From Turneriella sp. (GTDB lineage: Bacteria > Spirochaetota > Leptospiria > Turneriellales > Turneriellaceae), in assembly GCA_965279515.1 (NCBI GenBank), contig CBDIID010000003.1:224001-288000 (forward strand): 64,000 bases of DNA, written 5' to 3'. The notes beneath the pieces were generated by a model that saw nothing but the letters and a program-made list of their open reading frames with translations, was not told where the DNA came from and ran no database searches. Shown piece by piece: positions 19,069-27,698 of this stretch; positions within the stretch are counted from its first letter, which is position 1, and every line of letters begins with the position of its first letter. Position numbers and translations under genes: made by a program.

Positions 19069-20268
19069 TCAGAATGTCTGGTGGAAATGCCGCGAGGTTT
19101 CGTAGTCGACGTCTCCTGTCGGAGCTTCGTTGCCTTTTGCGAAAGCCTTGAAAAACAGGATTCCAAAGATACCCACTGCGCCAAAGAAGGCACCAATTTC
19201 CAGGGGACCTATGGGGAAGCTGTTCACTTTACTTGCGCCATTGGCATGGCCCAGCGCTGAACCGTAGACGACCCAGATGATGTCGACGAAGCTGACGAAC
19301 AGGATGTACCAGGCAACGCGCGCCAGGCGTTTCGGTGCACGTTTGATGTCTGCTGAAAGCAGGATAAAGAACGGTATAACAAAGTGGAGCATCCAAAGCA
19401 ATACTGTGAACATCTTCCACACACCCTGCAGGCGAAGTTCGAGCAGATATGTCTCTTCAGGCATGTTGGCATACCATGTCAGCATGTGCATACTAAAGCC
19501 GATATAGGCCCAGAATACCACAGACATAAACTGCCATTTACCCAGGTCGTGCAGGTGCTCCTCGTTCACATCTTTCAGGCCACCATGCTTCTGAACTGTG
19601 ACAAGGATAATGATGATGCCCGCGATCGCACCGAACCAGCCATTGGCAAAACAATAGACCGGGAACATGGTCGTAAACCAGTGCGGTTGCAGCGACATGA
19701 CAAAATCAATCGATGCCAGCATGAACGAATAGGCGAAAAACAGCGTGTAAATCGCCGAATATTTTACAAGTTTTGATTTGGTCGCCGCGTCTTTAGCGGT
19801 GTCCTGAGCAGCCGAAGTCTTGCGCAGCAAGTGGCCCAGATAAAACCAAATGGCGAAGTAGAAGACCATGCGGGCGATGAAAAAAGGAATATTCAGGTAG
19901 CCTTTTTTCTGCTGCAGAATCTCGTCGTGGGCGACAATCTTCGGATCAGCCCACTCATAGACATGGTTCCAGTGGAATGCCGCGCCTGCCGCCACGATGG
20001 CAATGAGAACACCACCGGCGAGCAGTGGCGCCGCAAAGTTTTCAGGGATGCGCCTGAGTACCACAGACCATTTGGCGCCGGCGATAAACTGAATTGCCGC
20101 AAACAGCAGTCCGATGAGCGATATGCATACAATAAAGTAGCCGACGCTCAGCAGCGTCAGCCATGCGCGGTCCGCTGCCAGAATAAAGCCGGCAGCAAGG
20201 GAAATCACCCCCACGCCAACCATCCCCCAGAGGATTTTATAGTGTTTATCAGGTAGAACAAATTTCAT
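19069..20268 (-). CDS. actF: Alternative complex III membrane subunit ActF
   Basis: About 10 TMs; YLNIPFFIAR, DFVMSLQPHWFTT, HDLGK, WYANMPEE; last gene of the act operon. Confidence 0.9.
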   Translation of the reverse strand: MKFVLPDKHYKILWGMVGVGVISLAAGFILAADRAWLTLLSVGYFIVCISLIGLLFAAIQFIAGAKWSVVLRRIPENFAAPLLAGGVLIAIVAAGAAFHWNHVYEWADPKIVAHDEILQQKKGYLNIPFFIARMVFYFAIWFYLGHLLRKTSAAQDTAKDAATKSKLVKYSAIYTLFFAYSFMLASIDFVMSLQPHWFTTMFPVYCFANGWFGAIAGIIIILVTVQKHGGLKDVNEEHLHDLGKWQFMSVVFWAYIGFSMHMLTWYANMPEETYLLELRLQGVWKMFTVLLWMLHFVIPFFILLSADIKRAPKRLARVAWYILFVSFVDIIWVVYGSALGHANGASKVNSFPIGPLEIGAFFGAVGIFGILFFKAFAKGNEAPTGDVDYETSRHFHQTF

Positions 20269-20286
20269 ATTTTTTCCTTTGTCCGG

Positions 20287-20829
20287 TTATTTCTTTTTCT
20301 GCAATTCGTTCTTGACATAGGCCGCGATATTCCAGCGGTCCTGTTCTTGTACTTGTGGAGCATAGCCCTGCATGAGACCCTGCCCGGCGGTTGCAATATG
20401 ATAGATCTTTGAAATCGGGAACGCTTCCGCGCGTTCCACAGGCTTACCTGCGGCTGTTGCGAGGGGACGCACGCCAGCGAATTTTTTCGCCACCGCGCCA
20501 TCCGCATAACCCTGCGCACCATGGCAGGGAGCACAATAGATCTGATATTTCTTCTCGCCGCGCTTAACGTCGACTGCGGCAGGAGCTTTGAGCTCGCGCG
20601 TGGCGAGTTCTACGTCCGCGTCTTTTTTATATGGATAAGCCGGCGCGCTGTTGTACGCTACGGTGTTTTCCGGTTCGAGCATGTCAAACTGGCGTTTGCC
20701 GCGGTTGTCAAATTTAGCCGTGTCACCGCCCGGTGAATAATGCATGTCGTCAAAATAGTGGTACTCACGGCGGACGTCCGCGCACGAGACCGCTGCGATC
20801 GCTGCACAGAGAATTGCAAGGCGAATCAT
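20287..20829 (-). CDS. actE: ACIII monoheme cytochrome c lipoprotein ActE
   Basis: Lipobox AVSC, DMHYSP, YCAPCHG, GLMQGY, DRWNIAAYV. Confidence 0.9.
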   Translation of the reverse strand: MIRLAILCAAIAAVSCADVRREYHYFDDMHYSPGGDTAKFDNRGKRQFDMLEPENTVAYNSAPAYPYKKDADVELATRELKAPAAVDVKRGEKKYQIYCAPCHGAQGYADGAVAKKFAGVRPLATAAGKPVERAEAFPISKIYHIATAGQGLMQGYAPQVQEQDRWNIAAYVKNELQKKK

Positions 20830-21377
20830 GGTTGGAGCTCCTTAATGTCGGCGGGGAGGCCTGACAGAATGCGTTCCACGTCAGCTTTAGTGAGGTTCGC
20901 GTCACCAAGCCAAATTGCGAAAACGTCGGAAGTGACCCCAGGGGCGGGTACTTTGCGGTTAATCATGCCGAGGCGGCCGAGAACGAGTACCGACACGACG
21001 GTGAATACCGAAGCGAAATAAATCGTCAGCTCAAACAGAATCGGTATGTATGCCGGCCATGAAAAGTATGGCTTACCGCCGAAAACAATCGGCCAGTTAA
21101 ATACGTCGATGAAGGCAATGTAGGATAACCCCAGGATCAGCGCCATCATGCCGCCGATAAAAGTCATCACCGGGATCCATGAGCGATTGAGCCCCATCGC
21201 ATGGTCGAGACCGTGTATGGGGCAGGGTGTGAAGCAGTCAAAACTCTTCACATTCGCCTGTTTCGTTTTTTCAGCCGCCTTTAGAAGATCGGCGGCCGAT
21301 TTGAACGAAGCGATAAATCCGCCGGATGCTTCTTCGTAGGAGAAAAGCCCGCGTTTGATTTCTGCAATTGATAACAT
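20826..21377 (-). CDS. actD: ACIII subunit ActD (DUF3341)
   Basis: FTPCPIHGLDHAMG, GGKPYFSWPAYIPILFELTI. Confidence 0.92.
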   Translation of the reverse strand: MLSIAEIKRGLFSYEEASGGFIASFKSAADLLKAAEKTKQANVKSFDCFTPCPIHGLDHAMGLNRSWIPVMTFIGGMMALILGLSYIAFIDVFNWPIVFGGKPYFSWPAYIPILFELTIYFASVFTVVSVLVLGRLGMINRKVPAPGVTSDVFAIWLGDANLTKADVERILSGLPADIKELQP

Positions 21378-21386
21378 GGTATTTCC

Positions 21387-22775
21387 TTAGTGGTGCTGGC
21401 TCAGCGCCGCGTTTGTTTCGTCCGCTTTAACTTCGGCCAAGGCGATCGAAGGTATCGTCCGTATGAACATCAGGAACAAGGTAAAAAAGATACCAAAGCT
21501 GCCGATGAGCACCGCGTAGTCTGCCCAGGTCGGATCGTAAGAGTCCCAGCTCGACGGCAGGTAGTCGCGGTGCAGTGAGATAATAACGATCACAAAGCGC
21601 TCGAACCACATACCGATGTTGACCACGATCGAGATGACAAAGAGCACCTTGATGTTGGTGCGCAGTTTCTTGAACCACATAAAGTGGGGGGAAACTACGT
21701 TACAGGTGAACATGATCCAGAACGCCCAGGCAAACGGACCTTTGATGCGGTTGATGAATGCATATTGTTCGATGTGGCTCGCTGAATAAGCTGCCATGAC
21801 GAATTCTACCGTGTATGCAAAAGATACCATCATACCCGTGACGAGAATGACAATCGCCATATTCTCTAAGTGCTTGAGCGTGATGTATTCCTTGAGTTTG
21901 AAAACTTCGCGCGTGATAATCATGAGCGTCATCACCATCGCAAAGCCAGAATAGATCGCACCGGCAACGAAGTAAGGAGGAAAGATTGTTGCGTGCCAGC
22001 CGGGGATCACCGATGTCGCAAAGTCCATCGAAACGATGGTGTGCACTGAAAGAACCAGAGGTGTAGCAAGTGCCGAGAGAATCATGACCATCTTTTCATA
22101 GTGGTGCCAGGTTTTCGCCGAACCGACCCAGCCTAAAGCCATTGCACGGTAAGCGATTGCTTTCATTTGGAGCAAAAGCGCACCAAGCTTGCTCTTCGCC
22201 TTATAACGCTCAAAACGGTCGCGCAATGTGGCAAAGTCAGGCACGAGACCCATGTACCAGAAAATCAGTGAAACTGAAAAGTAAGTCGAAATCGCAAAAA
22301 GGTCCCAAAGCAGGGGCGAGCGGAAGTTGGCCCACAGCGGACCGCGCTCGTTGGGGTAGGGGAATGCCCAGTAAACAAACCACGGACGGCCGATGTGAAT
22401 CAGCGGGAAAATCGCCGCAACAATAACCGCAAAGATCGTCATTGCTTCAGCAGCGCGGTTAATCGATGTACGCCATTTCTGGCGGAAGAGGAAGAGAATC
22501 GCTGAAATGAGCGTGCCGGCGTGGCCGATACCGACCCAAAAGACGAAGTTCACAATGAAGAAACCCCAGCCTACCGGGTTATTGATCGCAAAGATACCAA
22601 GGCCTACAACCCATGAGTAAGCGATGGTGGCAAGACCCAGTACCGCTGCGGCCACTGAAATACCGAAAGCGCCCCACCACAGTTTTGTGGGGAACGCCTC
22701 GATGGGACGCATAACATCGTCGTCCATCGCCGCGAACGGCTTACCGATATGATAATCGTTTTTCTCTGTCGCCAT
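21387..22775 (-). CDS. actC: ACIII quinol-binding subunit ActC (NrfD family)
   Basis: [53 protein letters not shown]. Confidence 0.95.
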   Translation of the reverse strand: MATEKNDYHIGKPFAAMDDDVMRPIEAFPTKLWWGAFGISVAAAVLGLATIAYSWVVGLGIFAINNPVGWGFFIVNFVFWVGIGHAGTLISAILFLFRQKWRTSINRAAEAMTIFAVIVAAIFPLIHIGRPWFVYWAFPYPNERGPLWANFRSPLLWDLFAISTYFSVSLIFWYMGLVPDFATLRDRFERYKAKSKLGALLLQMKAIAYRAMALGWVGSAKTWHHYEKMVMILSALATPLVLSVHTIVSMDFATSVIPGWHATIFPPYFVAGAIYSGFAMVMTLMIITREVFKLKEYITLKHLENMAIVILVTGMMVSFAYTVEFVMAAYSASHIEQYAFINRIKGPFAWAFWIMFTCNVVSPHFMWFKKLRTNIKVLFVISIVVNIGMWFERFVIVIISLHRDYLPSSWDSYDPTWADYAVLIGSFGIFFTLFLMFIRTIPSIALAEVKADETNAALSQHH

Positions 22776-22776
22776 G

Positions 22777-25700
22777 TTAAGCCTTCGCCTCGCTTCTGTT
22801 TTTCACGCGCACCATGTATTTGACCGACGGTTCGACGTTGATCTGTGCGAGAATTTTGTAAGAGCGCGGGTTGCTGTTTGCCTTAACAACCTGTGTGTCC
22901 GCGCTGTTGATGTTGCCGAAAGTGATCGCTCCTGCGGAGCAAGCTTCCTGGCAAGCAGTCTGAATTTCACCGTCGCGTACCGCGCGGCTCTCGACCTTTG
23001 CCAACTGGCGTTTTTCAGAAATACGCTGCTGGCAGAACGAGCACTTCTCGATCACACCGCGCGAACGCACTGTGACATCGGGGTTCAGCGCGTACTGCTG
23101 CGGATCCTTGAGTTTGTCTTCCCAGTTTTCAAACCAGTTAAAGCGGCGCACCTTGTAAGGGCAGTTGTTCGAGCAATAGCGTGTACCGATGCAACGGTTG
23201 TACGCCATGTAGTTGATACCTTCTGAACTGTGGCCTGTCGCGCCCACCGGGCAGACGTTTTCGCACGGTGCGTTTTCACAATGCTGGCACATGACGGGCT
23301 GGAAGAACACATCGGGGGATACCATATCCGGGTCGGCCTTTTCAGCCGCATCGTTTTCGTAGATATAGTAGCGGTCGATGCGCAGCCAGCTCATTTCGCG
23401 GCCGCGGTTAACTTCAGCTTTGCCCACAGCGGGGATGTTATTCTCGGAATAACATGCCATCACGCAGGCTGAACAACCCGTACATTTGTTGAGGTCGATG
23501 TTGAGGTTCCAGCGATAGCCATCTTCATAGTTGTGTTTCGGGTAGAGCCCTTTGGCTTTACCGCCGTGCGGGCGCTCTTCATGCTCGTGCAGAAGGTCAT
23601 GCTTTTTCTCTTTGATGGCCTTTTCGTAAGTCTTGAGATCAACCTGGCGTGCGAGACCGCGGATAACCGCGAACTCATAGTGACGCTGGGTCGACGCGAG
23701 CATGTCGTATTTGCCGATTTTCTCGATCGTCACGCTGAGGCCCGACGAAGACGTCTGGCCCGCTGCATAACTTTGCAGCGCATAAGCGTTTTTTCCCACA
23801 CCGGCGCCGACAGCACCTAAGTGAGACTGACCGAAACCGATCGCGAGTGCCAGGGAACCGCGGCGCATACCAGGCTGAATGAACGCCGGAACTTCAAACG
23901 CGACTTTTCCTGCGCTGAGTTTAATCAGGTCCTGTGTTTTAATATTCAGCGTCTTCGCATCCGCAGGGCTGATGAGCAGTACGTTATCCCAGGTAATTTT
24001 GGTGACCGCATCGGGGAGTTCCTGGCGGAAAGAGATGTTGGCACCCACACCATCGCCGAGTCCGACGCTCTCAATCAGGTTAAGCGTATAACCGGCTTTG
24101 GGGTCAAGGCTGGGTTTGACGTCTTTGAGCGCGGCAGATTTAAAAGCACGCGCGGCACCCGCACCCGGAGCATCGATGATAGCAAAGCCCGCAGCGAGGG
24201 TTGTATTCCATGCCTGGCCTTTGGCATTCACGGCATGGCTCTTTTTCACCTGCTCATATGCCGAGGTCGTATTGCCAGTGAGGCGGCCGTAGATTTCAAG
24301 CGCCGGCAGGGTATCAAACAGCTGGCGGATGACCGGCTGTACGATGCCATAAGAGCCGTGCGAAAGTGCATCGGACCAGGACTCGAGGTAGTGGCTGACC
24401 GGCAGAACATGCGTCGCCAATACAGCGGTATCATTGAGATGATCGCCGATGAAGATGACGTTCTTTACGTTCTTGAGTGCGCTGGTAAAACCCGACGCTT
24501 CCGGAAGTTCATAAACCGGGTTCGCACGGTCGATAACCAGTGTCTCAACCTTGCCGGCTTTCATTTCGGCGATCAGGGCTTCGAGCGCCGACGCATCGCT
24601 GATATCAGAGTTCGCGCGCAGGGCGCCCTTGACAGAAACCGTTTTTCCTTCGTTGCCAAGCAGTGCGTTCAGTAGGTTAACAGCAATCTGCAGTTCGCCC
24701 GGAACAAGCGTGCTGGCATTGACTCCGCCGCCGACCACGAGGGATTTCCCTCTGAAATGTTTCAGTTCTTCAGCGAGTTCAATGATTTGTTTTTCCGCGA
24801 GACCTGTTACTTTCGCAACAGCTGCCGGGGTATATGCCTGAACTGCCGCGCGCACAGCGCCGTCACCAGCAAGGGCAGAGCCGGGTAGCAGGAGGTTTGC
24901 AAGCCCCAGGGCAAATGCCGTGTGCGTTCCGGCCACGAGGGCCAGACGCTCGTCGGCGTTACTGCCTGTCAGTGACATCGCGGCTTCTGCAACCACCAGG
25001 CGGTTCATTCTGCCGGATGAGGGCTCGCGGCGTGCGGCCCACTGTTTTGTATAGAGTTCTGGAGCAAGCCAGGTACCGATAAAATCGGCTTCAATGGCGA
25101 GAATCAGATCCGCTTCATCAAACCGGTGCGCGGGGATTGTCGCTGTACCGAAGCTGGCCTTATTGCCGAGCGCGATATCAGAAAGTGTGCTGGTCGGATC
25201 GTAGACAACAGTTTTGCCGAGCTTCGCGCGAGCCGCTTCTTCTGCAGGGGAAAAAGTGCTGCGTGAAAGTACGCGGGCATTCCCTTTAAGGGCGACGGCC
25301 GCTTCTTTAATGAGGTCATCCCATTTTGCTGGTGCCAGTTTGCCACCGTCTTTCTTCAGAGGTGCTTTGATGCGGTCTGGATCATAGAGATCCCAGATCG
25401 AGGCATAGGTATCAGCGCTGGCAGCACCGCCATATACGCCGTGTGTATGCAAACCTTCAATCTTGATCGGCTTGCCTTCACGTGTTTTCACGAGTACGGG
25501 TGTGACCCCGCGCGCGCTGATCTGCGTGCTGGCGAAATAACGCGCCTGGCCTGGAACGTATTCCATCGGGCGGTCTACATAAGGAACGATCTTTTCAACC
25601 GGCTCGCGGCAGGCGGCCAGGGCGGCCATGGAGATGGATGCGCCCATGAAGGTGAGGAAGCTCTTACGATCGAGGTTGGCATTCATGCCGCGCTCGATCA

Positions 25701-25857
25701 TCTCTTCTACGTTGGCAGGAAATTCACTCTTGCCATTCCAAAGCTCAAGATCCTTTTTTGCCTCTTCAGGCGATGAGGCCTCTTCAAAGGAGCGAAAGAT
25801 TTTTGTCTTCGTAGTTTCGGCTTCAGGCTCAGTAGTCGTTGTTATCTCGTTTCCCAT
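22777..25857 (-). CDS. actB: ACIII subunit ActB (molybdopterin-oxidoreductase-like domain plus Fe-S domain)
   Basis: TAT-like DRKSFL then [51 protein letters not shown] Fe-S motifs. Confidence 0.95.
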   Translation of the reverse strand: MGNEITTTTEPEAETTKTKIFRSFEEASSPEEAKKDLELWNGKSEFPANVEEMIERGMNANLDRKSFLTFMGASISMAALAACREPVEKIVPYVDRPMEYVPGQARYFASTQISARGVTPVLVKTREGKPIKIEGLHTHGVYGGAASADTYASIWDLYDPDRIKAPLKKDGGKLAPAKWDDLIKEAAVALKGNARVLSRSTFSPAEEAARAKLGKTVVYDPTSTLSDIALGNKASFGTATIPAHRFDEADLILAIEADFIGTWLAPELYTKQWAARREPSSGRMNRLVVAEAAMSLTGSNADERLALVAGTHTAFALGLANLLLPGSALAGDGAVRAAVQAYTPAAVAKVTGLAEKQIIELAEELKHFRGKSLVVGGGVNASTLVPGELQIAVNLLNALLGNEGKTVSVKGALRANSDISDASALEALIAEMKAGKVETLVIDRANPVYELPEASGFTSALKNVKNVIFIGDHLNDTAVLATHVLPVSHYLESWSDALSHGSYGIVQPVIRQLFDTLPALEIYGRLTGNTTSAYEQVKKSHAVNAKGQAWNTTLAAGFAIIDAPGAGAARAFKSAALKDVKPSLDPKAGYTLNLIESVGLGDGVGANISFRQELPDAVTKITWDNVLLISPADAKTLNIKTQDLIKLSAGKVAFEVPAFIQPGMRRGSLALAIGFGQSHLGAVGAGVGKNAYALQSYAAGQTSSSGLSVTIEKIGKYDMLASTQRHYEFAVIRGLARQVDLKTYEKAIKEKKHDLLHEHEERPHGGKAKGLYPKHNYEDGYRWNLNIDLNKCTGCSACVMACYSENNIPAVGKAEVNRGREMSWLRIDRYYIYENDAAEKADPDMVSPDVFFQPVMCQHCENAPCENVCPVGATGHSSEGINYMAYNRCIGTRYCSNNCPYKVRRFNWFENWEDKLKDPQQYALNPDVTVRSRGVIEKCSFCQQRISEKRQLAKVESRAVRDGEIQTACQEACSAGAITFGNINSADTQVVKANSNPRSYKILAQINVEPSVKYMVRVKNRSEAKA

Positions 25858-25870
25858 GCTTAGTTCCTTA

Positions 25871-26470
25871 TCAATAATGGCAGGTATTACAGTTGATGTT
25901 CACGCCGTGGTTTTTGTATTCGGCCTCGTTGCGGTAGTCGCGGTGGCAACTGACGCAAAAGCCCATGTTGAGCGATTTTGTCTGCTCAACGACTTTCATT
26001 GTCGAAACATCACCATGGCATGGCATACATGCCGTTTTGGTCGGTTGGCCGTCTTTCAGAAGCTGCTTGATGTGAGGCGCATGCGGAAAGCGCACGTGGT
26101 CAGGCAGGTTGTGGATGCGCACCCATTCGAGTGGCTTCTTGTCTTCATAGAATTTCTTGAGTTTCTTCACGCCGGGCTTATCAGAACCCACGAGAATATG
26201 GCAGTTGATACAGGTGTTCATACTCGGAACCCCCGCTTTTTTGCTCACAGTTACGCCGGTATGGCAATACTGGCAATCAATGCCGTACTGTTCTTTACCG
26301 TCATGTGTCTTCTGTCCTGCGACACCCGCGTGTATATCGTGGCGGTATGCGACCGGTTGCTCGGGCGCAAAGCCAATACGGGCTGGCGGCGCCCAGATAA
26401 TCCATGCGGCTGCCGCTACCAGAAATACGGGAGTTCCGTACTTGATTGCTTTAAAAAGTTTTGGATCCAT
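25871..26470 (-). CDS. actA: ACIII pentaheme cytochrome c ActA
   Basis: N-terminal TM; five CxxCH (CQYCH, CINCH, CMPCH, CVSCH, CNTCH); WVRIHNLPDHV. Confidence 0.95.
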   Translation of the reverse strand: MDPKLFKAIKYGTPVFLVAAAAWIIWAPPARIGFAPEQPVAYRHDIHAGVAGQKTHDGKEQYGIDCQYCHTGVTVSKKAGVPSMNTCINCHILVGSDKPGVKKLKKFYEDKKPLEWVRIHNLPDHVRFPHAPHIKQLLKDGQPTKTACMPCHGDVSTMKVVEQTKSLNMGFCVSCHRDYRNEAEYKNHGVNINCNTCHY

Positions 26471-26492
26471 CGGAACTCCTGAGGTCTTTAAA

Positions 26493-26864
26493 TCAGTTTT
26501 TGCCGCCGAGCTTACGCACGTGTTCAGCTACGGCTGTGATCTCTGCGTCAGTCATTACGCCTTTATAAGGAGCCATACCGGTACCGGGGCTGCCGTTATT
26601 GATGGTCTTCACGACGGTTGCGAGATCAAAACCGAATTTCCATTTGGCATCGGCGAAATTACGTGGTTTGGGTTTCAGCGCTGCGCCTACGGGGCCATCG
26701 CCTTTACCTTGCGCGCCATGGCAGGTTGCGCAGCCTTTTTCGTTGAACAGGGTTTCGCCTGAAATCGCTGCAGGTGCTGCCGCAGTTGCAGTCCCTTCGG
26801 CTTCGGGTTTTTTGCCACAGGCAATAAGTGCTAATGTACTAATAATGAGGATTGTTTTTTTCAT
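26493..26864 (-). CDS. Monoheme cytochrome c lipoprotein, first gene of the act operon
   Basis: MKKTILIISTLALIAC lipobox; CATCHG...GDG; PRNF; GTGMAPY distal Met. Confidence 0.9.
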   Translation of the reverse strand: MKKTILIISTLALIACGKKPEAEGTATAAAPAAISGETLFNEKGCATCHGAQGKGDGPVGAALKPKPRNFADAKWKFGFDLATVVKTINNGSPGTGMAPYKGVMTDAEITAVAEHVRKLGGKN

Positions 26865-26944
26865 AGAGGTTAACTCCCGTGCCAAAACAAACGTTTCGGC
26901 ACTCGGTCTGAGTCTGTACTCGAAATAACGCGTCGATTTTTTTT

Positions 26945-26962
26945 TGACAAAACGCTGACAAA
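26945..26962. promoter_or_regulatory. 11-bp-period direct repeat TGACAAA (OmpR/PhoB-type box candidate) upstream of the act operon
   Basis: TGACAAA at 26945-26951 and 26956-26962, i.e. TTTGTCA-N4-TTTGTCA on the minus strand. Confidence 0.4.
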
Positions 26963-26967
26963 CGGAT

Positions 26968-27285
26968 TTAGCCGTCTGCCGCAAGGTGAGCGCCGAGACC
27001 GCTCTTGCTGAGAACGGTTTTCAACGCCGCTGGCGGATTCTTCACCGCGAACGTGACCGCAGCCGCATCGCAGGTCTTGATCGATTGTAAAACAACGGCT
27101 ATCCCCGCAGAATCGACATGGTTAATCTCTTTAAGGTCGAGGATTATGCCCTTAATACCCGGCTCGATCCATGCCGCGAGTTTTTTCTTAAGCTCAGGGG
27201 CGGTCATAAAGCCCAGCACGCCTTCAGCCTTCGCGGTGATGATTCCGGCGCTGTAAGCCACGTCGAACGAGAGCTTGTCTGCCAT
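26968..27285 (-). CDS. STAS-domain anti-sigma factor antagonist
   Basis: ILDLKEINHVDSAGIAVVL with the phosphorylatable Ser. Confidence 0.9.
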   Translation of the reverse strand: MADKLSFDVAYSAGIITAKAEGVLGFMTAPELKKKLAAWIEPGIKGIILDLKEINHVDSAGIAVVLQSIKTCDAAAVTFAVKNPPAALKTVLSKSGLGAHLAADG

Positions 27286-27288
27286 GGT

Positions 27289-27600
27289 TCAGGATTTCAG
27301 GATCGCCGAAAGCCCCGTCATTTCAAATACCGATTTTAGTGACGTGGGAATATTGATGATATTAAAGATACTGCCCTGTGCAGCGCTCAGTTGAATGATT
27401 TGCAGCAAAGTGCCGATACCCGACGAATCGATGTAGACAACTTTACGCATGTCTAAAATAATGTGGGTCGCACCTGAGCTTAACCAGGCAGTGGAATTCT
27501 GTTTGAATTCGATCGAGGTTGCGAGGTTGAGTGCGCCGTTCATACGAACAGTAAGCACGCCTTTCTCTTCGCTGGTTTCTAATTGGAGTTTATCAAGCAT
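27289..27600 (-). CDS. STAS-domain anti-sigma factor antagonist
   Basis: ILDMRKVVYIDSSGIGTLL, VFEMTGL; start at Met 27600. Confidence 0.9.
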   Translation of the reverse strand: MLDKLQLETSEEKGVLTVRMNGALNLATSIEFKQNSTAWLSSGATHIILDMRKVVYIDSSGIGTLLQIIQLSAAQGSIFNIINIPTSLKSVFEMTGLSAILKS

Positions 27601-27698
27601 GGCGCGGTAACGGATAGGTAATCCGTTAGGGGCGTGACTGTAAAGTAAGATACTGTGCAGCCTGTTTCGGATTTCGATTCCTCCCTTAAATAAATCCC

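Noticed and set aside
18264..19196. ORFs 18264..18914 (+) and 18945..19196 (-)
   Set aside because: The first is antisense to riboflavin synthase; the second overlaps the tRNA-Gly and the actF end.
23821..26762. Long plus-strand ORFs (284, 284 and 201 aa) over actB/actA
   Set aside because: Antisense shadows of well-supported genes; no motifs.
27601..27698. Possible T-box leader upstream of ileS
   Set aside because: Region is under 100 nt and has no T-box consensus or terminator.
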